Shown here one piece after another: positions 19,301 to 27,438 of a stretch of 64,000 nt of DNA. Positions within the stretch are counted from its first letter, which is position 1; every line of letters starts with the position of its first letter. The notes below the pieces were generated by a model, which was not told the DNA's origin, ran no database searches, and saw nothing but the letters and a program-made list of their open reading frames with translations. The stretch comes from Candidatus Woesebacteria bacterium (GTDB taxonomy: Bacteria; Patescibacteriota; Microgenomatia; UBA12405). The position numbers were made by a program, and so were the translations under genes. The stretch covers positions 149,963 to 213,962 of the forward strand of contig DAONDY010000002.1 in assembly GCA_035402805.1 (NCBI GenBank), read 5' to 3'.

Positions 19301-22300
19301 GATATATTTATGCTTTAAAAGGGAATACAGATGATACTTTTATGAGATACGATACTATGACTGATAGTTGGGAAGTTTTAGATAATATTGATTTTGGAGC
19401 ACCGATACAACAACTTAATAATAATGTTTATGATGGAGCAGACTTGGCTTTTGATGGTAATCATGAAATTTATGCAATTCAAGGAGGAAGTAAAACTGGT
19501 TTCTCGGTTTATAATATTAGTAGTGAAAAGTGGAGTCAGTTAGGAAATTTACCAGTAATGGCTGGAGCTGGATCGCAAATAGAGTTTGATGCTGATAATA
19601 ATGCTATTTATTATTCACCGGGGTGGGGAAGAAATTTCTTCTATAAATATAGCATTGAAAGCCAAAGCTGGAGTGAACTAGCAGAGGTACCTTATGTGGT
19701 AGGGGCAGGATCAGCTTTAAAAAAAGTTGGTGATAATATATTTTTGGCAATAGGAGGAGGAAGTGCAAATATTTATAAATATTCCATAAGTAAAAATGCT
19801 TGGTCGGTACCGACAATGGGATTGTTTGGTGGTTTTTTTAGGGGTAGTGACAGTAGAAATTTTACTTATGGTGCAGATATAGTTAAAGGAGATGGGGATT
19901 ATTATTATTTGACTAGAGGTAATTACGATAATCTCTTTGTTAGATATAATCCTGAAACTGGAGTGGCAACAAAAATGGCTGATGCTCCAGGAGGTTTTTA
20001 TAGTGGTGGAGATTTAACTTATGATAGTGTGGCTAATAAAATTTATGCTATTACTAATCCTAATTATAGAAAATTATTTGTCTATGATATAGCGACTGAT
20101 GTTTGGAGTGAAGAAATTAATGACCCACCACCGGCTGACGCTGCTGATGGAGGAGCGATGTCTTTTGATGGATCTAAATATATTTATTGGATTAGAGGTA
20201 TTGGTCAAAGTTTTTATAGATTTGATACTCAAGGAGTGGGAACTAGTAAGTGGTCAAAACTTCCAAATGTGCCTTTGGCAATTGGGGCTGGTGGCGATTT
20301 AGTAGTTAAAGGTGATTATATCTATAGTTTAAGAGGAGCTGCTTCAACCAGCTTTTTAAGATTTGATATTGGAACAACAACTTGGTCTGATGTGGCAGTA
20401 GCTGATTTACCATCTGGGATGACAGTAACAACAGATGGATTTTTAGTTGATTTAGGTGGAAACAAATTAATGGCTTGTCGAGGAAATAATACTAATACTT
20501 GTTATGAATATTCTATTAGTGATAACAGTTGGCAATTAATAGATGGAACTTTTGGACCATATATTTATAGAGGAGCAGCGGGAGCTAGTAATGGGGAAAA
20601 TAGAGCTTTTATAATTCCAGGAAATGGAACAGTAAATACACCAAATAATGGAATATACAGTTATGTAAGTCAAGGAAGTGATTCTGCTTATGAAGAAGAT
20701 GGTAGTTATATTAGTCCAGTTTATGATCTAGATATGGTTTATCGTTTTGCTAATTTAAAAGTTGGTGTATCAATGCCAAATAATACCGATTTGAATGTTT
20801 ATACAAAAACTTCTAGTGATAATGTTGAATGGAGTGATTGGGCTTTGGTTAGTGATAAAAAGATTATTGGAAATGATTGGATTTATAAAATAAATTCAAT
20901 ACCTGGTCGATATTTAATGATCAAATTAAACTTGTCCTCTAGTGATGGAATAAAAACTGGTGTAGTTAATGATTACCAAATTAGTTATTACCAAGATTTA
21001 GATCCGCCAAATAATCCGACGGAATTAAGTGTTTATCAGAATATTAGTAAAGGAACAACTTTAACTTCGGGAGTTTGGAATAATAGTACAACTCCTTATT
21101 TTGAATGGAATACAGGTACAGATGGAGACAATGGTTCAGGAGTGGCGGGTTATTATACTTATTTTAATCTAGGATCAACTGCTGATCCGGCAGTTTTAGG
21201 AACTTATACAACAGCACCTAATTTTAGTGGAGTTGGCTTATCTAGCGGGCAAACATACTTTTTCCGAATGAAGACTAAAGATAGTGCCAATAATATAAGT
21301 AGTGAAGTTGGAACAACTTTTGTCTATAAATTAGATAATACGCCGCCAGTTAATCCAATAACTATTTCAGTTGATCCACCAGGGTATACAAACACTAATA
21401 ATTTTAATTTTACTTGGTCTTCAGGAAGTGATGTTGGTTCATCAGTATCGGCTTATTGTTATAAAGTAGGAATAGGTGGAACTGAGAGTTGTATTCAGGG
21501 AATAGGGATAACTGGTGTTAGTGGAGTGCAAGCTTATCAAACAGGAACTAATACTTTCTATTTGAGAGTAAAAGACACAGCTAATAACTATGCGACTGAT
21601 TATGCTACGGCAAGTTTTTATTACAGTTCAATAGCTCCTGGAGCACCAAAAAATTTAGCAGTAGGGCCAACTATTAATTCAGTTAATGAATTTGCCTTTT
21701 CTTGGCAAGCACCAGACTTGTTTTATGGTCAACAAGTTGGATTGAGATATTATTATTCAATTAATGAAGAGCCTTCATCTTCAAATGTCAATAAAATTGG
21801 TTTAGCTGAAACTTATTTATCGAGTGGTCCTTATGCCACCAGAAAAGACAGTAACACTTTTTATGTGGTAGCAAAAGATGAAGCAGGAAATATTGATTAT
21901 AATAATTTTACTTCGGTTCAATTTGAAGCCAAAACTTCAGCTCCTGGAATTCCTTTAAATACTGATATTTCTGATGTATCAGTTAAAGAAACTAATAATT
22001 GGAGGTTGGCTTTGGCTTGGGAAAGTCCGGAAGTAAGTGGTTCAGGAATTGCCAATTATAAAGTTTACAGGTCAGGGGTGACAGATGCTAATTGTAGTAC
22101 TGATATGGATGACTTTACTAATATCTCTTCAACTAGTAGTGAATCATTTGTGGATACAAATTTAAAACAAACAAAATATTATTATTGTGTAACAGCTTGT
22201 GATTCAACTAATGAATGTAGTGCACCATCTAGTACAGTATCTTTAACTCCCGATGGAAAATGGCGGGTAGCTCCAACTTTATTAGATGGTCCAAGTGCGG

Positions 22301-23499
22301 TGGTAAAAACTAAATCGGCGACTGTTACATGGACAACCAATAGAACAGCTAGTTCATTTGTAAAATACGGAAAAAGTTCTGGTGATTATGGTGATGAAGT
22401 GGGAACTTCTGATCAATTAACGGCTCATGAAATTGATTTATCAGGATTGGATCCGGGAACAACTTATTATTATAAAGTTTTATGGACCGACGAAGATGGA
22501 AATACTGGAGAATCAGCAGAACAAACTTTTTCAACTAATGCAGCGCCACTAGTATCGGCAGTAAAAGTAAGTGATGTAAGTTTATATTCGGCTTATGTCG
22601 ACTTTACTCTTAAAAATGCAGTTAAAGCGGTGGTTCAATATGGAAAAACGACAGCTTATGGAAATAATCAGGAAATTACAACTTCTAGAGCTGAGGGAAG
22701 TTATATGTTTAAGATAGAAGAGTTGGAAGAAGGAACTGTTTATCATTTAAAGATACAAGCTTTAGATGAAGAAGGAAATATTTTTACTAGCGATGATTAT
22801 ATTTTTGAAACTTTACCAGTACCAAAGCTTTCAGATGTTAAAACCCAACAAGTTAAAGGAATGGCGACGGCAACTTTAAGATTGTTGTGGAAATCAAATA
22901 CAGCAGTGAGTTCAATAGTTACTTATTATCCAGTTGGAAGAACAGAAATGGCCAAAGATAATATTAAATTAACTTTATCAAAAAATCATGAAGTTTTATT
23001 AAAAGATTTATATGACGATACAGAATATGTATTAGTTTTTAAAGGAAGAGATTCAATGGGAAATAGTGCGGAGGGTATAACTTTGAAATTTAAAACATCA
23101 GCTGATATGAGACCACCAGTAATTTCTGATTTAAGATTAGAATCAGTTGTTGATGGAATAGGGGCTGATGCTAAAGCTCAAGTAATTGTTTATTGGAACA
23201 CTGATGAACCAGCAAGTTCGCAAGTAGAATATGGCCAAGGAACTGGCAATGATTATCCGAATAAGAGTCAAAAAGATTCTAATTTAACATTGAATCATAG
23301 TTTGACAGTTCCAGAGTTGAAACCGTCAGAGGTTTACCATTTTAGAGTAGTAACTGAGGATAAAATTGGCAATGTAAGTATGTCTTATGATAATGTAGTA
23401 ATAACCTCGAAAGAAACTAAATCAGCTTTGGATTTGGTAATTGAAAACTTATCTAAAAGTTTTGGATTTGTCAGTAATTTATCAGGAGTGGCTAAATAA
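16360..23499 (+). CDS. Giant (2379 aa) secreted Kelch beta-propeller + fibronectin III/Ig surface protein
   Basis: True start ATG 16360 (AAGGAG SD, signal peptide MNWKKIFLLAL). Two blocks of Kelch-like repeats (IYALRG...FWKY...W) each followed by beta-sandwich/FN3 units; C-terminal FN3 array (WTTN...YG...H...L.GL.PGTTYYY). Confidence 0.85.
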   Translation: MNWKKIFLLALIFFISSLVSARVFYGRFKIIFAAQTTITSRLDFDAGTFEGTESQSKEGDLKLKASGNWNPRVFKTPKVTLTNQSAIASDGTDVYLLAGQDRYFTKYISSEDRWVTLENAPHLAYNGADLVVLGDYVYAIYGSNTKNFSRYSIMTNTWEEREDMPDLVANGSTIETDGTYIYALRGNSTSDFWKYNPTTDKWSDLNTPPAAIGSGASLVYKDGYLYTPRGASNTTFYRYNISNGIWYTMQNIPATVGSNHKSTVLGDYIYVNRDTNTNSFYRFNVGTTAWQTIANIPQLTQYVGSVAVGDTATGFVYVFRGNGYYDFWKYNPRDNTFLGLTDLPNTPNTGADLLYMDNYVYFRRGNSSNSFYRYNTAVGGTWATMANAPATFADDNRGVKAGNYLYYFRGSGGANTFYRYDPSVGVGGTWATMLSTPTALTIGAGGALAYPGSGNYIYATRGGNNRTFMRYTIGVGETWDDAVVADLPDNAEQGYGSRMTSDGTNIYYISGNGMANLYKYTIADNIWTRLGTLPFSPYYGTDISYYNNKIYVLAGNLKSDFWEYSIDDESWRLLPPIQSYGLTEIGVWNGGSIVGDGSGTFYIEAGNNNTRFFSYSVGSSNYPSNGIWTSATIDLNYVKSWSPIGIESSTLPGTSINWETRTSNDRINWEIWKAGVGTSITSTPNRYIQLRITLNSDGSQTPTLNSVVINYVGDLENPTNPNNIIGLSQQVSGIGLSSGGTYNYLAPYFNWSGSTDVDTGVAGYYVYFGIDSTAVPDINGSFRTSADYLVSDPMDQTTYYLRLKTVDEAGNKSEAMTAFIYTYNGVSPPTILSKSLTTDFELGTTDSVNISDNQIKLASKAGFWQQNRLGPLSGTISYGSGFAYSATRNKLYILRGTNSNSFYQYDLTTNIGSTLANAPGTVYYGSDLVEGPSGYLYALRGNNTNGFWRYDLAAGTWSDVLAADTPQPVYYGGSLVFDGDRYIYALKGNTDDTFMRYDTMTDSWEVLDNIDFGAPIQQLNNNVYDGADLAFDGNHEIYAIQGGSKTGFSVYNISSEKWSQLGNLPVMAGAGSQIEFDADNNAIYYSPGWGRNFFYKYSIESQSWSELAEVPYVVGAGSALKKVGDNIFLAIGGGSANIYKYSISKNAWSVPTMGLFGGFFRGSDSRNFTYGADIVKGDGDYYYLTRGNYDNLFVRYNPETGVATKMADAPGGFYSGGDLTYDSVANKIYAITNPNYRKLFVYDIATDVWSEEINDPPPADAADGGAMSFDGSKYIYWIRGIGQSFYRFDTQGVGTSKWSKLPNVPLAIGAGGDLVVKGDYIYSLRGAASTSFLRFDIGTTTWSDVAVADLPSGMTVTTDGFLVDLGGNKLMACRGNNTNTCYEYSISDNSWQLIDGTFGPYIYRGAAGASNGENRAFIIPGNGTVNTPNNGIYSYVSQGSDSAYEEDGSYISPVYDLDMVYRFANLKVGVSMPNNTDLNVYTKTSSDNVEWSDWALVSDKKIIGNDWIYKINSIPGRYLMIKLNLSSSDGIKTGVVNDYQISYYQDLDPPNNPTELSVYQNISKGTTLTSGVWNNSTTPYFEWNTGTDGDNGSGVAGYYTYFNLGSTADPAVLGTYTTAPNFSGVGLSSGQTYFFRMKTKDSANNISSEVGTTFVYKLDNTPPVNPITISVDPPGYTNTNNFNFTWSSGSDVGSSVSAYCYKVGIGGTESCIQGIGITGVSGVQAYQTGTNTFYLRVKDTANNYATDYATASFYYSSIAPGAPKNLAVGPTINSVNEFAFSWQAPDLFYGQQVGLRYYYSINEEPSSSNVNKIGLAETYLSSGPYATRKDSNTFYVVAKDEAGNIDYNNFTSVQFEAKTSAPGIPLNTDISDVSVKETNNWRLALAWESPEVSGSGIANYKVYRSGVTDANCSTDMDDFTNISSTSSESFVDTNLKQTKYYYCVTACDSTNECSAPSSTVSLTPDGKWRVAPTLLDGPSAVVKTKSATVTWTTNRTASSFVKYGKSSGDYGDEVGTSDQLTAHEIDLSGLDPGTTYYYKVLWTDEDGNTGESAEQTFSTNAAPLVSAVKVSDVSLYSAYVDFTLKNAVKAVVQYGKTTAYGNNQEITTSRAEGSYMFKIEELEEGTVYHLKIQALDEEGNIFTSDDYIFETLPVPKLSDVKTQQVKGMATATLRLLWKSNTAVSSIVTYYPVGRTEMAKDNIKLTLSKNHEVLLKDLYDDTEYVLVFKGRDSMGNSAEGITLKFKTSADMRPPVISDLRLESVVDGIGADAKAQVIVYWNTDEPASSQVEYGQGTGNDYPNKSQKDSNLTLNHSLTVPELKPSEVYHFRVVTEDKIGNVSMSYDNVVITSKETKSALDLVIENLSKSFGFVSNLSGVAK

Positions 23500-24302
23500 T
23501 GATTAATAAAGAAATAATTCTAAAAATAGACGATGTAAAAATGGATTTTAATGTTGGGGGTCAAACGGTGCAGGTATTAAAAGGAATTAGTATGGATATC
23601 AAACAAGGTGATTTTGCTGTGATATTTGGACCATCAGGATGTGGTAAATCAACCTTATTACATTGTATTTTGGGAATGGAAAAACCAACTTCAGGAAAAG
23701 TTGCAATTGAAGGGATAGAAATAGGAAATATGACAGAAGATGAAATGGTTAAGTTTAGAAAAACTAGAATTGGATTTGTTTTTCAGCAATCAATATGGAT
23801 TAAATCTTTAAATGTATTAGAAAATGTAAGTTTTCCTAATTTATTAAAAGGAATGACTAAAGAGGATGCTCAAAAACTGGCTCTGGAAACCCTTAAAGAG
23901 GTTAAATTAGATAATTGGGCTAGTTATAGTCCAAGTCAATTATCTGGAGGTCAACAGCAAAGAGTTAGTCTAGCGAGAGCTTTAACCTTGGATCCAGCCA
24001 TAATTGTGGCTGATGAACCAACTGGAAATTTGGATACGGTGGCTGGTGATGAATTAATAGGCTTATTGGTAAGCTTAAATAAAGATAAAGGTAAAACTAT
24101 TGTAATGGTTACTCATGATTTGGAATATTTAAAATTTGCAAACAAATTGTTTCATATAATTGATGGTGAATTAGTGGAACAATTTGATAATGCTGAGGCA
24201 ATAAAAATGTCAGGTTCATTAAGAACTAAAAAAGGTAAAAGAACGAAAGAAACTGTTTGTAATGATAATTATTTAGATTCTAGAAATAAAAAATGCAAAT
24301 AA
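23499..24302 (+). CDS. ABC transporter ATP-binding protein (LolD/MacB family)
   Basis: GPSGCGKST, LSGGQQQRV, ADEPTGNLD, VTHD. Confidence 0.95.
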   Translation: MINKEIILKIDDVKMDFNVGGQTVQVLKGISMDIKQGDFAVIFGPSGCGKSTLLHCILGMEKPTSGKVAIEGIEIGNMTEDEMVKFRKTRIGFVFQQSIWIKSLNVLENVSFPNLLKGMTKEDAQKLALETLKEVKLDNWASYSPSQLSGGQQQRVSLARALTLDPAIIVADEPTGNLDTVAGDELIGLLVSLNKDKGKTIVMVTHDLEYLKFANKLFHIIDGELVEQFDNAEAIKMSGSLRTKKGKRTKETVCNDNYLDSRNKKCK

Positions 24303-26386
24303 TTAATAAAATTAAATCATTCAGTTTAAAAACTTTTTTAGCCAAGATGAGGGCAGCGATTTTATTTATCTGGTCAAATATAGTTTTTTTAGTTGTGCTA
24401 TTGGTTTATGTAATTAGAGGATTATTAAAATTCTTAACAAGAAGGAAATGGATAGGAAAATTATTTTTGTTGATAAAAACCGAATTTTTAATAAATTTAT
24501 TAACTAAATTAATGTATAAAATTGATGTTAATAAAGATGGAGGAGTGACTAAAAGTTATCTAATAGAATTGGCTTTTAGAAACATGAAATCTAAAAGAAA
24601 TAGAGCAATAGTGACAGTTGGAGGAGTGGCGTTGGGAGTAGGGGCAATTGTGTTTTTAGTGTCCATTGGTTATGGATTAGAAAGTATGGTAATTGGCAGA
24701 GTGGCAAAATTAGATGAATTAAAAATGGCTGATATCAGCTTAGGTAAATCTTTGACAGTTAAATTAAATGATGAAACATTGGAAAAAATTAAAGCTTTGA
24801 AAGATGTTACAGAAGTGATCCCAGTAGTTTCGATGGTTTCTAAAATTAAATTTAATAACTCAGTCTTTGATGTAATGTCTTTTGGAGTTGATGAAAGATA
24901 TATAAAAGCAGTAAATCCAAATTTTATAAGCGGAGAAAAATTTGCCGATAAGGATAAAAATTTTGTTTACAATAATGAAAATAATCAAAATATTTTAGGA
25001 GTAGAACAAGAAGTAGAAATGGTTGATGATAGTATGAAAACAAATTCAGGAATTTTTGATTTTAATGTGAAAGATGACAAAAAAGTAATGGTTTATAGTG
25101 ATTGTAATATGATTAAAAGCGAAGCTTTGGGTTATGTAATCAGAAGTGAGGGTGGGTATATAGGTGAAGAAGTTTGGGGTGAATATTATTTAAATGAAGA
25201 AAATAATGTGGTTGGGAGAAAAGAAAAATCAGAAGAATTTTATTCAAAATGGATTAGGGCAAAAGTGCCTTTATGGATGATAGGTGAAGAAGGATTAGCG
25301 GTGCCAAAGTTGACAAAAAATGGAGAACAGGAATGGGTGATTGGTTGTTTTAAAAATGAAGAAATAATAACTGAGGAAGGAAATTACGAAAAATCTAATT
25401 TAGATGAATATCTTGAAGGTGATGTTTTAGGAATAGCAACAGAATCAGCGGAATTAGTAACAACAGAAGAGGCAACTCCTTCAGCTAATTTATTTGAAAC
25501 AGTGACAGCAACTGATTCGGCTGGAATTGAATGGGTGGAACTAAAAAAAGTAGAAGAAGATCCAAATGCTTTAAAAGAAGTTGCTTTTAATGGGAGCCCA
25601 GTAGCAGAGGCTTTTGTTAGTACGGGAATGTTAAAACTTTTAGGGATGACGGCTGATAAAGCTATTGGAACTAATTTTAAAATTTCTTATATTATTCCCG
25701 ATGGTAATATTAGTGGAGTTAGTGGGAGGTTACAATCAACCGAGATTGAATATAAGGTCAAAGGAGTAGTAGATGATGCAACTAGTAATTACTATTATTT
25801 TCAAATAGCTGATGCTAAAAGATTAGGAATTAGTATTTATTCTCAATTAAAAGTAGTAGCTAAAGATAAGATAGCTTTGGCTGATGTTAGAAAAAATATT
25901 GAAGAATTGGGTTTAAAAACTGATAGTACAGCGGATACGGTGGTAAGAATAGAAAGTTTATTTGGAACTTTAAGAATAATTTTAGGATTTTTGGGTACAA
26001 TTGCTTTAGCAGTGGCATCTTTGGGGATGTTTAATACAATGACGGTTTCACTTTTAGAAAGAACTAGAGAGGTTGGTGTTATGAAGACTATGGGGATGCT
26101 TTCCAATGAGGTAAGAGAACTATTTTTGGCTGAGTCAATGATTATGGGAGTAGGAGGTGGAGTATTAGGAATTTTATTTGGATTTTTTTTAGGAAAAATA
26201 TTGTCAATAATTTTAAGTTCGATTTCTCTTTTAAAGGGTCAAGGAATAATAAGTATTACGACTATTCCTTGGTTTTTCACAGTATTTATTTTAGCAGTGT
26301 CTTTTTTGGTGGGAATAATTACTGGTTGGTATCCATCAAAGAGAGCTAGACAGATATCAGCTTTAAATGCTTTAAGATACGAATAA
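24293..26386 (+). CDS. ABC transporter permease (MacB/FtsX family) with enlarged extracellular domain
   Basis: LAFRNM..KR.R..VT.GGV..GVG; NTMTVSLLERTREVGVMK; YPSKRA.QI.AL.ALRYE. Confidence 0.92.
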   Translation: MQIINKIKSFSLKTFLAKMRAAILFIWSNIVFLVVLLVYVIRGLLKFLTRRKWIGKLFLLIKTEFLINLLTKLMYKIDVNKDGGVTKSYLIELAFRNMKSKRNRAIVTVGGVALGVGAIVFLVSIGYGLESMVIGRVAKLDELKMADISLGKSLTVKLNDETLEKIKALKDVTEVIPVVSMVSKIKFNNSVFDVMSFGVDERYIKAVNPNFISGEKFADKDKNFVYNNENNQNILGVEQEVEMVDDSMKTNSGIFDFNVKDDKKVMVYSDCNMIKSEALGYVIRSEGGYIGEEVWGEYYLNEENNVVGRKEKSEEFYSKWIRAKVPLWMIGEEGLAVPKLTKNGEQEWVIGCFKNEEIITEEGNYEKSNLDEYLEGDVLGIATESAELVTTEEATPSANLFETVTATDSAGIEWVELKKVEEDPNALKEVAFNGSPVAEAFVSTGMLKLLGMTADKAIGTNFKISYIIPDGNISGVSGRLQSTEIEYKVKGVVDDATSNYYYFQIADAKRLGISIYSQLKVVAKDKIALADVRKNIEELGLKTDSTADTVVRIESLFGTLRIILGFLGTIALAVASLGMFNTMTVSLLERTREVGVMKTMGMLSNEVRELFLAESMIMGVGGGVLGILFGFFLGKILSIILSSISLLKGQGIISITTIPWFFTVFILAVSFLVGIITGWYPSKRARQISALNALRYE

Positions 26387-26388
26387 GT

Positions 26389-27387
26389 TTATTCAATTTC
26401 TGGCTTAGAGATCTCGTCGTAAACAACTTTAGAGACCTGTTTTATAAAATTGGCGGCATTGTCAAAGTCAGTACTACGACTCATAACACAGATCAAATAA
26501 GGTTTATTAGGTAGATAAACAATACCACAATCGTGAAGTTGTTTTTCTTTACTTGGTAAATATTGACGTTCGCCAAATTTATGAGAAACAGTAATGTTTT
26601 CTGGAACACCAGCGACTAAACCTTTGTAATATTGAGTTTTTGATAAAATGTTTAAAGCTTTTTCTGAGTTGTCTTGATCTAAAAAAGAAGCATTGAATAA
26701 AATTCTAAAAAATGAAGCATAATCTTTAACAGTAATAATATTACCATTAGGATCTTTCTGGGCTCTGGAAATATCAACGTCTAAATCTTTATAGACATTA
26801 AAAATTTTAGTATTATCGATATTGTCTAAAAGTAATTCATAGGCAGCGTTATCAGAGTAAATAATCATACGTTCAAGTAGATCACCAATAGTATATTCTT
26901 TATCTTTTTCGATGGTTTGAGTTGGAGTAATATTTTGTTGACTGTAATCAAAGTCTCTATTGTTGATAATTTTTTTATCTAAAAAATCATGATCCTTTTC
27001 GGTTTCTTTAAGGTAAGCCATTAAAACTGGAACCTTAATAAGACTAGCAGGCGAGAAGTATTCTTTTTCGTTAATACCAAGCCAAGGACCATTATTTAAA
27101 TCGCGATAATAAATCGAAGCAAAACTGATATTACCACTAGAAATTTGTTGATTAATAATAAATTGAATTTCTTTTTTTAATGAAGCTAAATTTTTATCTT
27201 GGCTAATAGTACTGGTTTCACATTCAAGTAGAGGGTTAATATATTTATAATTAAAATTATTACGAACTTCTTTAATAATATTTTGATTTGTTGTAGTAAA
27301 GATATAAGGTGAAAAAATAAGTCCACCAACAAAACTGACTAAAATTAAAGAAGAAGTAACGGCTATTTTTTTAATTGATAGATCCAT
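26389..27387 (-). CDS. Membrane-anchored serine hydrolase, class A beta-lactamase-like/PBP fold
   Basis: SLIK (SxxK), SDN, HKFG motifs; N-terminal TM. Confidence 0.85.
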   Translation of the reverse strand: MDLSIKKIAVTSSLILVSFVGGLIFSPYIFTTTNQNIIKEVRNNFNYKYINPLLECETSTISQDKNLASLKKEIQFIINQQISSGNISFASIYYRDLNNGPWLGINEKEYFSPASLIKVPVLMAYLKETEKDHDFLDKKIINNRDFDYSQQNITPTQTIEKDKEYTIGDLLERMIIYSDNAAYELLLDNIDNTKIFNVYKDLDVDISRAQKDPNGNIITVKDYASFFRILFNASFLDQDNSEKALNILSKTQYYKGLVAGVPENITVSHKFGERQYLPSKEKQLHDCGIVYLPNKPYLICVMSRSTDFDNAANFIKQVSKVVYDEISKPEIE

Positions 27388-27438
27388 TATTATGAATATA
27401 ATAACATTAAAAAAATGTTTTTTGTAGTAAAATAACCT

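Noticed and set aside
26389-27387. Antibiotic-resistance beta-lactamase
   Set aside because: It has SxxK/SDN/KxG but is membrane-anchored and divergent; activity cannot be inferred, and a cell-wall peptidase role is equally likely.
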